Shown in pieces: positions 9,101 through 17,948 of a stretch of DNA of 64,000 bases. Both the position numbers and the translations under genes were made by a program. The notes under the pieces were generated by a model. The model searched no databases and was not told the DNA's origin. It was given only the letters and a program-made list of their open reading frames with translations. Source of the stretch: Patescibacteria group bacterium (GTDB lineage Bacteria; Patescibacteriota; Patescibacteriia; SG8-24; DYFX01); contig JBBTWH010000009.1 in assembly GCA_038062835.1 (NCBI GenBank), forward strand, positions 8,257 through 72,256, written 5' to 3'. The stretch's first letter is position 1; each line of letters starts with the position of its first letter.

Positions 9101-10171
9101 TCAAACGTCTTCATCTCTCAACTCTTCGAGAAGCTGCTTGGCTTTGCGGGAGAGGTGCTTCGGGGTCTTCACGATGACGCGGACGTAGTGGTCGCCGCGG
9201 CCGGAGCCGCGGAGATGCGGGACGCCGCGGGCTTTGAGACGGATCTCTTCGCCGGATTGGACGCCGGACGGGATCTTGACTTCGAGTTCGCCGTCGAGTG
9301 TCTCGACGGGTTTGGTGGTGCCGAGCGCGGCGTCGGAGAACGCGACGTCGAGATTGGAGTAGACGTCGAAGCCGTCGCGTTCGAAGCGTGGGTCGGATTT
9401 CACGCGGATATGGAGGTAGAGGTCGCCGCTCGGCGTGCCGCGGACGCCCGCTTCGCCGCCGCCGGAGACGCGGATAGTCTCGCCGTCGTCGATGCCGGCG
9501 GGAATCTTCACGGTGACCGAGGATTTCTCGCGCCTCGCGCCTTCGCCGGCGCATTCCCTGCAGCGGCTTTCGGGGACGTTGCCCGCGCCGTGGCATTCGC
9601 CGCACGTCGCGACGGTCTCGAAACTGCCGAGCATCGTGCGCTGCGTCTGACGCACGCGCCCCTTTCCTTCGCAGCGCTTGCACTGATGCATCTTGGCGCC
9701 GGGCGGGATGCCGGTACCGGAGCACGACGCGCAGGCGACGGGCTTGTAGAGCTCGAAGGTCTTCTCGGCGCCGAAGGCCGCCTCGGAGAATCCGATCTGG
9801 GCGTTCACCTCGATGTCTCCGCCTCGCGCCTGACGGCGTCCGCGTCCGCCCATGCCGAACATGTCGCCGAACATCTCAGAGATGTCGCCCATGTCGAAGT
9901 TCGCGCCGCCGTTCTGGAAGCCGCCGAACCCGCCGAAGCCACCGCCTGGACCCCCGCCTTGGTCGAAGGTCTGGCCATACTGATCGTATTGGGCTTTTTT
10001 CTGGGGGTTCGAGAGGACCTGATAGGCCTCGTTGATTTCCTTGAACTTGGCCTCGTCGCCGCCCTCCTTGTCGGGATGATGCTTGTGCGCCAAAACCCGG
10101 AAGGCTTTCTTGATCTCCTCATCGGAGGCCCCCTTGACAATGCCGAGAATTCGGTAATAGTCTTTACCCAT
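9101..10171 (-). CDS. dnaJ: molecular chaperone DnaJ
   Basis: J domain with HPD (KDYYRILGI...HKHHPDK), a G/F-rich linker, four CxxCxGxG zinc-finger repeats and a C-terminal substrate-binding domain. Confidence 0.93.
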   Translation of the reverse strand: MGKDYYRILGIVKGASDEEIKKAFRVLAHKHHPDKEGGDEAKFKEINEAYQVLSNPQKKAQYDQYGQTFDQGGGPGGGFGGFGGFQNGGANFDMGDISEMFGDMFGMGGRGRRQARGGDIEVNAQIGFSEAAFGAEKTFELYKPVACASCSGTGIPPGAKMHQCKRCEGKGRVRQTQRTMLGSFETVATCGECHGAGNVPESRCRECAGEGARREKSSVTVKIPAGIDDGETIRVSGGGEAGVRGTPSGDLYLHIRVKSDPRFERDGFDVYSNLDVAFSDAALGTTKPVETLDGELEVKIPSGVQSGEEIRLKARGVPHLRGSGRGDHYVRVIVKTPKHLSRKAKQLLEELRDEDV

Positions 10172-10228
10172 TGGAGCTCATTATACAGCCACGTAAAGCG
10201 CTTCGCGCCACGTGGCAGGGAGGGTGTC

Positions 10229-10861
10229 ATGCACCTTTGCACGAACTGTCAGACCGTCGATTGGGAGAAGCGGATCGAAGACGATCTCAAGCTTTCCAAG
10301 AACGGCGGCAAGGTCAAGGCGAACTGTCCGTACTGCACGCACGTCGGCGGCGGCCGCGTCCGCCTACTACATTCGTCGCACAGCCTGTGCGACGTCTGCG
10401 CGAAGGAGCGCGGCGAGTGCCAGGCCTGCGGCGCCTCGACAGGCGATCTTGCCGCGAAGGAAGCCTTCGAGGCGCTCTTCGACGCCTACGTGACGCTGGT
10501 GAAAACATATGGTGCCACGGCGGCACGGAAGATCCTCACCGACGCGACGCTCGCGAAGGAAGAGGAGCCGCACGTCGCGACGCTCGTCGCGCTCGACGTC
10601 GGAGAGGTCGATTCCGCCCAGCCGCATCAGAGGTATCATTACCGCCTGAAGCGCGGCATCTGGACGAAGGTCTGGGGACAGCTGTCCTTCGCCGGGCGTC
10701 CACCGCGCTGCGCCCGTCATGGTCCCCCGCCACGCAACGCGCCGGCGATGGTCCGCGCAGAGAAGTGCGGCCACTGGACCGCCGGCCACCGCGCGAAGTG
10801 GTGCCTCGTCTGCGCCGTCGAGCATCGGCAGTGCGCCGACTGCGAGACCTCTACCGAGTAG
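10229..10861 (+). CDS. Cys-rich multi-zinc-ribbon protein, hypothetical
   Basis: ATG at 10229 preceded by gggaggg. At least six CxxC pairs (CTNC, CPYC, CDVC, CQAC, CLVC, CADC). The upstream 430 aa of track ORF 8942..10861 are antisense to dnaJ and were rejected. Confidence 0.55.
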   Translation: MHLCTNCQTVDWEKRIEDDLKLSKNGGKVKANCPYCTHVGGGRVRLLHSSHSLCDVCAKERGECQACGASTGDLAAKEAFEALFDAYVTLVKTYGATAARKILTDATLAKEEEPHVATLVALDVGEVDSAQPHQRYHYRLKRGIWTKVWGQLSFAGRPPRCARHGPPPRNAPAMVRAEKCGHWTAGHRAKWCLVCAVEHRQCADCETSTE

Positions 10862-10876
10862 AGGTCTCTTTTTTGT
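10843..10876. terminator. rho-independent terminator (gagacctctaccgagtagaggtctc + TTTTTT) overlapping the stop codon
   Basis: Perfect 10-bp stem followed by a T6 tract. Confidence 0.7.
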
Positions 10877-10897
10877 CCACTGTCGCCCTGACGAACG

Positions 10898-11197
10898 TCA
10901 GGGCCCAGCACCGCACGCGAAGCTATAAAGGTCTTTCCACTCCGGATTTTCTTTTTCTACCAACTCGATCTTCCAACGTCGTTTCCAATTCTTCAGTTGT
11001 TTTTCCCGTGCGATCGCGCTCAGCACGTCCGTCGCGCATTCGTACCAGACGAGGCTTGTGATGTCGTACTGCGAGGTATGGCTGTCGGCCGCGTGTGTCC
11101 GATGCTCGTAGACCCTCTTCACAAGGTTTGATGTGACTCCGATGTACAACGCGCCACCTTTCCGATTCGCCAGGATATAGACGTAGTAGTTTCGCAT
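10898..11197 (-). CDS. GIY-YIG nuclease domain protein (99 aa)
   Basis: YVYILANRKGGALYIGVTSNLVKRVYEH...REKQLKNWKR matches the GIY-YIG / UPF0213 signature. Confidence 0.8.
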   Translation of the reverse strand: MRNYYVYILANRKGGALYIGVTSNLVKRVYEHRTHAADSHTSQYDITSLVWYECATDVLSAIAREKQLKNWKRRWKIELVEKENPEWKDLYSFACGAGP

Positions 11198-11246
11198 TTG
11201 GTACTGGGCCCTGAATCAAGTTCAGGGCGACAGTACTTTTACTGGC

Positions 11247-13124
<1,878 letters not shown>

Positions 13125-13158
13125 AGTTGTTGGTGATTACGGTTCAAGACCCCTCCTG

Positions 13159-13221
13159 CCTCCCCTTTCAGGGGAGGAGTATCCCGGATTCTCCCCCTCT
13201 GAAAGAGGGGGCAGGGGGAGT
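13159..13221. repeat. GC-rich palindromic element: hairpin cctcccctttcaggggagg plus hairpin ccccctctgaaagaggggg with tail cagggggagt
   Basis: Intergenic between the hsp20 stop and the dnaK start. It shares the core agagggggcagggggagt with the copies at 14615 and 15191. Confidence 0.7.
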
Positions 13222-13230
13222 CTTAAAGGA

Positions 13231-13635
13231 TCATTTGTTCTTCACTTCAATCTTGATCTCCTTCTTCTCGCCTTCATCCGCTTTCGGAATCGTGATGCGC
13301 AGCAGCCCGTGCCGGGATTCCGCTTCGGCCTTCTCGCCGATGACGGCCGCGGGGAGCGCGACCTTGCGCTGGAAGGCGCCGTAGCGGACTTCCTTGTAGA
13401 GATAGTCCTGTTCGTCGACTTCGGTGCGATGCTCGCTCTTGCCGCGGAGGGTCAGCACGCCGCCTTCGACGGTGACTTCGACGTCCTTGGGATCGACGCC
13501 CGCCAGCGGCGTCTCGACGATGACGTTCTCGCCGTCCTCATACACGTCGACCGCGGGAATGAACCCCTTCGACATATCCGCAAGCGCGCGCTCCGCGTCG
13601 TCGAACGGGTTTTGGTTTTTGGGGAGGAGGGACAT
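13231..13635 (-). CDS. Hsp20/alpha-crystallin family small heat-shock protein
   Basis: Alpha-crystallin domain (VDVYEDGENVIVETPLAGVDPKDVEVTVEGGVLTLRGK...HGLLRITIPK). ATG start at MSLLPKNQNPFDD; the track ORF extends to 13680. Confidence 0.85.
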   Translation of the reverse strand: MSLLPKNQNPFDDAERALADMSKGFIPAVDVYEDGENVIVETPLAGVDPKDVEVTVEGGVLTLRGKSEHRTEVDEQDYLYKEVRYGAFQRKVALPAAVIGEKAEAESRHGLLRITIPKADEGEKKEIKIEVKNK

Positions 13636-13639
13636 AGGC

Positions 13640-14227
13640 TTACTGGGATTCGCGCATCTCTTCGCTGTAGAAGTCCTCAACGATTTTTTCCTTAGTCAGA
13701 AAAAGCTTGACCGGCTGTCCAGTGATCTTTTCCCAAATCGCGCGGCCAAACACGTAGAGCACAGAGAGGACACGGAAGAAGAAATAAAGCATGAAGAAGG
13801 CCTGCCAAACGACACCGGGCACACCCAGTACCTTGTCCGGGAACCTCGAGGTCAGCAGGAAGCCCAGCAAGAGAACGACGCTTTCGGCGCTCAGGAACAG
13901 GCCCCAGCGCCGCCCAACCGCTTCCGCAAGAAGAGCCAGCGCGTCCTTGAGCCTGTGGTCAGGCATCGGCACCACCCTATCCTCAGGAAGGCCGTAAAGT
14001 TTCGGGTGCTTGTGTGCGAACTTGAGCATATTTTTTTCCGAACCCGAGGGCATCAAGCTTTTTTCCATGTCAGCCAGAATCGCGTTGTACGCTTCGTTAA
14101 CTTCTTTAAACTTCTTAGGGTCTCCACCCTTGTCGGGATGATGCTTCTTGGCCAACTTTTTGTAGGCCTTCTTGATTTCATCAATCGAGGCTGACGGTTC
14201 AACCTCAAGGACTTCGTGTGGGGTCAT
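13640..14227 (-). CDS. membrane-anchored J-domain protein
   Basis: N-terminal J domain with HPD ([35 protein letters not shown]) and C-terminal hydrophobic helices. Start at 14227; the upstream part of the track ORF is Arg/Pro junk. Confidence 0.75.
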   Translation of the reverse strand: MTPHEVLEVEPSASIDEIKKAYKKLAKKHHPDKGGDPKKFKEVNEAYNAILADMEKSLMPSGSEKNMLKFAHKHPKLYGLPEDRVVPMPDHRLKDALALLAEAVGRRWGLFLSAESVVLLLGFLLTSRFPDKVLGVPGVVWQAFFMLYFFFRVLSVLYVFGRAIWEKITGQPVKLFLTKEKIVEDFYSEEMRESQ

Positions 14228-14229
14228 AC

Positions 14230-14523
14230 TCACTCCGCCTTCGCCTGGAAGCTGGCGCCGGCCGCTTCGAATTTGACCAGCTTGTTGATGGTCTGGACGG
14301 CGAGCTTCATCGACGTGGCGCCGGATTTGTGCTTGGGGAGGTCGCGGAGGCGGATCTTCTGTTCCTTGGCGCGGTTGCCGTTCTCGTCGACGGCGCGCGA
14401 AGGCACCGTCACGAGCATGTCGGGGTCGAGGCGGAAGAAATTCAGGAAGTTCCCCCACTCCTTGAAGGAGAAGCGGTGGTGCTGGTAGTCGGATTCCCAC
14501 TCGAGATCGCTTTTGAACACCAT
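14230..14523 (-). CDS. hypothetical protein (97 aa)
   Basis: ORF track. Balanced composition. Its stop lies 2 nt before the start of the J-domain gene. Confidence 0.5.
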   Translation of the reverse strand: MVFKSDLEWESDYQHHRFSFKEWGNFLNFFRLDPDMLVTVPSRAVDENGNRAKEQKIRLRDLPKHKSGATSMKLAVQTINKLVKFEAAGASFQAKAE

Positions 14524-14527
14524 ATGT

Positions 14528-15178
14528 TTATTTGTTCACGATGACTTTAGAGGGCCGGACGACTTTGCCGTTGATCTCGTAACCGGTCTGGACTTCTCGG
14601 AGGATCGTCCCGGAGATAACTCCCCCTGCCCCCTCTTGCTCCAAGAGGGGGGAATCCTCTTCACCGACAGCCTCGTGCCGCATGGGATCGAACTTCTCGC
14701 CGCCGGTCTTGATGGCCGTGAGGCCGAGGTCCTTCATCGCGTCGTCGATCTGCTTCTGGATGAAGCCGACGCCGAGGGCCCAGTTGAGGACCGTCTTATC
14801 CTCGGTCTTGGGCATGTGGCTGACGGCGACGTGGAAGTTGTCGAACACCGGGAGGAACCGCTCGACGACGCGGAGCGTGGCGTATTGGCCCATCTCCATC
14901 CGCTCGCGGGCGACGTCTTTCTGGAGGTTCTGGTAGTCGGCGAGCGCGCGCTTCCAACGCTGCTCCATCTCGTGCAAGGAGACGTCGTTGGAGGGCTGGG
15001 CCCCGGCCTCCGCCGGGGTGACATCAGGGGAAGTACGCTCCACCGAAAGCGCGGTGATGTCGGCGCTGCAGGAGCCGTGCTCCTCGCACCAAGCTTCGCA
15101 CTTCTTCATCGTCTCCTCGTCGCGGTAGTGGAAGCCGCATTCGGGACAGGCGTAAGTTTTCTGTTCTTCGTCGGGCAT
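14528..15178 (-). CDS. grpE: nucleotide exchange factor GrpE with N-terminal zinc-ribbon extension
   Basis: GrpE coiled-coil and C-terminal beta domain (ALADYQNLQKDVARERMEM...NGKVVRPSKVIVNK). Start MPDEEQKTYACPECGFHYRDEETMKKCEAWCEEHGSC carries four or five Cys; ATG at 15178. The track ORF extends to 15418. Confidence 0.85.
   Translation of the reverse strand: MPDEEQKTYACPECGFHYRDEETMKKCEAWCEEHGSCSADITALSVERTSPDVTPAEAGAQPSNDVSLHEMEQRWKRALADYQNLQKDVARERMEMGQYATLRVVERFLPVFDNFHVAVSHMPKTEDKTVLNWALGVGFIQKQIDDAMKDLGLTAIKTGGEKFDPMRHEAVGEEDSPLLEQEGAGGVISGTILREVQTGYEINGKVVRPSKVIVNK
14615..14652. repeat. copy of the GC-rich palindromic element (gataactccccctgccccctcttgctccaagagggggg) lying in-frame inside grpE
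   Basis: Near-identical (about 36 nt) to the reverse complement of the 15191 copy. Encodes LLEQEGAGGVIS in the GrpE C-terminal region. Confidence 0.7.
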
Positions 15179-15190
15179 AGTTTTCTTTTT

Positions 15191-15283
15191 CCCCCTCTTG
15201 AAGCAAGAGGGGGCAGGGGGAGTTATCTTCCGAGGGGATAACCCCTCCGGCCTTTGGCCACCTCCCCTTGCTTCAAGGGGAGG
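15191..15283. repeat. GC-rich palindromic element cluster: ccccctcttgaagcaagaggggg + cagggggagttatc; gaggggataacccctc; cctccccttgcttcaaggggagg
   Basis: Three GC hairpins in the 107-bp hrcA-grpE spacer. None has a T-tract. Confidence 0.7.
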
Positions 15284-15285
15284 AT

Positions 15286-15987
15286 CTAATGTCGGAGCGC
15301 TTCTAGTGCGGTCTCGAGGAGAGCGACGCCGGAGTCGTAGTCCATGCGCATCGGGCCGAGGATTCCCAGGACTCCGTAGGTCTCCCCCATCGGCGCGCGG
15401 CCGATGACCAGGCCGCACTCCTGTCCGAACGGGTTCTGGCTGCCGATGAGGACTGCGACAGAAGGCGCGACGTGCGGATACATCTTCTCCATCGTCTCGT
15501 CGAGATGATCGAGCACCTTCGACATCACGGCGACCTGCGAGAACTGGCGGAACTCCGGTTTGGCGAAGAGGTTCGAGAGGCCGGTGTAGTAGACGTTGCG
15601 CGGGGCGAAGGCGACGAGCGCGGACTCCTGCGCGAGTTCCGCGAGCGCCTTGGCGGCGCGGCGGAGGCGTTCGGCGTCCTCGAAGGATTCGTGGACGGCA
15701 TCGCTCATCGCTTCGACGACGTCTTCCGTCGGCGGCTTCTTCTCGAGGAAGTGGGAGACGTAGTAGCGATAGCCCTTTTCGGAAGGCGCGCGGCCCGCGG
15801 AAGTGTGCGGTTGGAGCAGGTAGCCGAGCTCTTCGAGGGCGGCGAGTTCGTTCCTGATCGTGGCCGAGGAAACGTCGAGGCCGGACTCTTCAGCTAGCCA
15901 CGCCGAACCTACCGGCTCGGCGGATTTCACGTACCGCCGGACGGTCAGCTTCAAAAGCGTCTCCTTGCGGGGGTCGAGGGTTTCCAT
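15286..15987 (-). CDS. hrcA: heat-inducible transcription repressor HrcA (short, 233 aa)
   Basis: N-terminal wHTH LTVRRYVKSAEPVGSAWLAEESGLDVSSATIRNELAALEELGYL is typical of HrcA. A CIRCE operator lies immediately upstream. Confidence 0.85.
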   Translation of the reverse strand: METLDPRKETLLKLTVRRYVKSAEPVGSAWLAEESGLDVSSATIRNELAALEELGYLLQPHTSAGRAPSEKGYRYYVSHFLEKKPPTEDVVEAMSDAVHESFEDAERLRRAAKALAELAQESALVAFAPRNVYYTGLSNLFAKPEFRQFSQVAVMSKVLDHLDETMEKMYPHVAPSVAVLIGSQNPFGQECGLVIGRAPMGETYGVLGILGPMRMDYDSGVALLETALEALRH

Positions 15988-15991
15988 AGCG

Positions 15992-16018
15992 TTAGCAATC
16001 CCATCTTACGAGTGCTAA
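15992..16018. promoter_or_regulatory. CIRCE operator (TTAGCAATC-N9-GAGTGCTAA)
   Basis: One mismatch to the consensus TTAGCACTC-N9-GAGTGCTAA. It sits 5 bp upstream of the hrcA start. Confidence 0.8.
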
Positions 16019-16031
16019 GAGGTGTCGTCAA
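16003..16031 (-). promoter_or_regulatory. putative sigma70 promoter of hrcA-grpE (-35 TTGACG, 17-nt spacer, -10 TAAGAT inside the CIRCE spacer)
   Basis: Read on the minus strand: ccTTGACGacacctcttagcactcgTAAGATggg. Confidence 0.45.
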
Positions 16032-16073
16032 GGCCGACCTGCTATACTGGATGGGCATTAAACACTCATCCCT

Positions 16074-16847
16074 ATGAACTTCAGTTTCGGCAACAGGTCG
16101 GGCAGCCGCCGCAAAGGTGGCCCGTGCGGCTTCCTGCTCCTCATCCCGTTCGGCATCCTCCTCGGCATCATCGGCGTCGTGATGCTGTTCTCCAACATCG
16201 CGCTGGTCGCGAACGGCGTGAAGACGACGGGCACGGTCGTCGATATGGAGACGAAGACGGACGTGAGGGACGAGTACACCGACGACGAGGGCCGCGTGCA
16301 TCCCGCCGAGACGCGCACGTCGTACTACCCCATCATCGAGTTCAAGAAGGCCGACGACGGCACGACGGTCCGCTACACCTCGAACTTCGGGTCTTCTTCC
16401 AAGCCGTCCGTCGGTTCGACCCGTGCGATCATCTACGACAAGGGCAATCCCCAGCGCGCGCAGGACGATTCCGCCTCCAACCTGTGGATCCTACCGATCG
16501 TCCTCATCCTCATCGGGTTCACCTGCCTCGGCTTCGGTATCTTGCTGTTCATCCTGGCGAAGAAGGCCGCCAAGGCGCTGCTCGGCGTCGCGCAGGGTGC
16601 GCAACAAGGCGGCATGGCCGGCGCGAGCGGCATCATCGCCAACCTGATGGGCGGCATGACCGGCGCCTCGGCTTCGCCCGGGATGCCGGCAATCCCCCAG
16701 ATTCTCCCGCCGTCGCCCGTGAACCCGCAGCTGGCCGACTACGTGAAGCAGAGCCGCGCGGTCGGCACGGACGACGCGACGATTCGCGCGACGCTGGCCG
16801 GACAAGGCTGGAGCGCTCCGGACATCGCCGCGAGCCTACGCCATTGA
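16074..16847 (+). CDS. DUF3592-like membrane protein
   Basis: TM helix, then the GxxTxGTVVDMETKT...YYPIIEFK...GSSSKPSVGSTRAIIYDKGNP pattern typical of DUF3592, then two TM helices and a Gly/Ala-rich tail. Confidence 0.7.
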   Translation: MNFSFGNRSGSRRKGGPCGFLLLIPFGILLGIIGVVMLFSNIALVANGVKTTGTVVDMETKTDVRDEYTDDEGRVHPAETRTSYYPIIEFKKADDGTTVRYTSNFGSSSKPSVGSTRAIIYDKGNPQRAQDDSASNLWILPIVLILIGFTCLGFGILLFILAKKAAKALLGVAQGAQQGGMAGASGIIANLMGGMTGASASPGMPAIPQILPPSPVNPQLADYVKQSRAVGTDDATIRATLAGQGWSAPDIAASLRH

Positions 16848-16889
16848 CAAAAGCGCCGGGACGCCGTATCCTCACGGCGTCCTTTTTTT
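16844..16889 (+). promoter_or_regulatory. terminator-promoter module: -35 TTGACA (16844-16849), 17 nt, -10 TATCCT (16867-16872), overlapping hairpin ggacgccgtatcctcacggcgtcc + T7
   Basis: The hairpin plus T-tract terminates the 16074 gene. The TTGACAAAA...TATCCT boxes precede the RBS ggagg and the GTG start at 16900. Confidence 0.55.
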
Positions 16890-16899
16890 CGGAGGCCCC

Positions 16900-17328
16900 G
16901 TGTCCGAACGCACAAACGAAGACATCATCCGCATCGTCACCAAGTACCAACGCTTCGGTATGGTCCACGAGCTGACGTGCACGATCGACAGCCGCCACGA
17001 AGCGCTCGAGCCCGTCGAACGCGACGGCAAGGTCATCCTGGAGTGCCCGACCTGCGGAACGACGCAGGAGCACATCCCCAGCTTCGTGCTGACGTCGGAG
17101 GAGCTGCTCGATTACTCGACGCTCAAGATGGCCGAAGCGCTGGAAGAGGCCGACCGGCGGCAAACGCGCCAGGACGTGTGGATGATCTTCGCCGCCAGCG
17201 GCATCAGTGCCGGCCTGCTCGGCAGCCTTTTGTCAGGCACCATCGGCGGCTTCGGCGGCATCGTCTTCGGCGGCATCGTCGCCTGGTTCGCCACGCGCTC
17301 CAAGCGCGCGTCCATCTCCCGTCCCTGA
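16900..17328 (+). CDS. hypothetical protein with CxxC pair and C-terminal TM/Gly-zipper segment
   Basis: GTG start with RBS ggagg. ECPTCG motif. C-terminus GISAGLLGSLLSGTIGGFGGIVFGGIVAWF. Confidence 0.55.
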   Translation: MSERTNEDIIRIVTKYQRFGMVHELTCTIDSRHEALEPVERDGKVILECPTCGTTQEHIPSFVLTSEELLDYSTLKMAEALEEADRRQTRQDVWMIFAASGISAGLLGSLLSGTIGGFGGIVFGGIVAWFATRSKRASISRP

Positions 17329-17366
17329 CGGGATTTTTTTCGAAAAAACGCCCCATACGGGACGTG

Positions 17367-17630
17367 TCAGTAGGTGAAGCCGTGGCCGCGACGAAGGAAC
17401 GGGTCGGCATCCTGCTCGCGCGTCAGGTGGACGCCCTCGACGGCGCGGACGCGCTCGAGATCCTCGTCGGCGACGCGCCCTCCGTAGATCCACGCCTCCC
17501 TGCGCGCGCCGGACGCCGGGCAGTGCCAGCTTTCGTAGTGCGGGTCGAGTTCGAATCCAGCTGCCTTGAGCTTCGCCAGCCTCGCTTCGATCCCCTCGGC
17601 GGGCAAGCTGATGACATAGTAGGGCTTCAT
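17367..17630 (-). CDS. hypothetical small protein (MKPYYVISLPAEGIEARLAKLKAAGFEL...)
   Basis: Internal ATG of ORF 17367..17663. ATGA-coupled to the upstream small ORF. Confidence 0.45.
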   Translation of the reverse strand: MKPYYVISLPAEGIEARLAKLKAAGFELDPHYESWHCPASGARREAWIYGGRVADEDLERVRAVEGVHLTREQDADPFLRRGHGFTY

Positions 17631-17923
17631 CAGTCGGTCTCCGGGTTCTGGCTCCAGGGCCACTTCGGCTCCGCGCCATCGGTCGGCTCCAGCACCGGCG
17701 CGGCCTTCCAGTCGAGAACGCCGTCGATGGCCCGGAGTTCCGGAAGGCTCTTCTCGGGCAGTTCGCCCGTGACTTCGAAACGGTCGCTCGCCGCGGAGGC
17801 CTCGTCGGGCCCCTCGCGCGCGAAACCGACCGTCTCGAGGACGAGCAGGGCGTCGTCGCGACGCCGTGATTCGATGATGAGCGTGATGCGCAAAATGATC
17901 TCCTTTTCGGACGCGAGGAGCAT
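17630..17923 (-). CDS. hypothetical small protein (MLLASEKEIILRITLIIESRRRDDALLVLETVGFA...)
   Basis: ORF 17630..17947. Could be a PII/CutA-like alpha-beta fold, but that is weak. Confidence 0.45.
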   Translation of the reverse strand: MLLASEKEIILRITLIIESRRRDDALLVLETVGFAREGPDEASAASDRFEVTGELPEKSLPELRAIDGVLDWKAAPVLEPTDGAEPKWPWSQNPETD

Positions 17924-17948
17924 ACGCGATTTCCGCGCGCTCGTCAAC

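Noticed and set aside
8942-10228. 5' two-thirds of the 639-aa + ORF 8942..10861
   Set aside because: Antisense to dnaJ (Ala/Gly/Arg/Asp junk). Only the last 210 codons, from ATG 10229 with an RBS, form a plausible Cys-rich protein.
10898-11197. GIY-YIG gene as a homing endonuclease or mobile element
   Set aside because: Only a 99-aa bare GIY-YIG domain (UPF0213-like). No intron, intein, flanking repeats or target duplication. Treated as a cellular nuclease-domain protein.
13140-15290. GC hairpins in the heat-shock locus as rho-independent terminators
   Set aside because: None is followed by a T-tract on the transcribed (minus) strand and one copy lies inside the grpE coding sequence. They are better explained as a repeated palindromic element.
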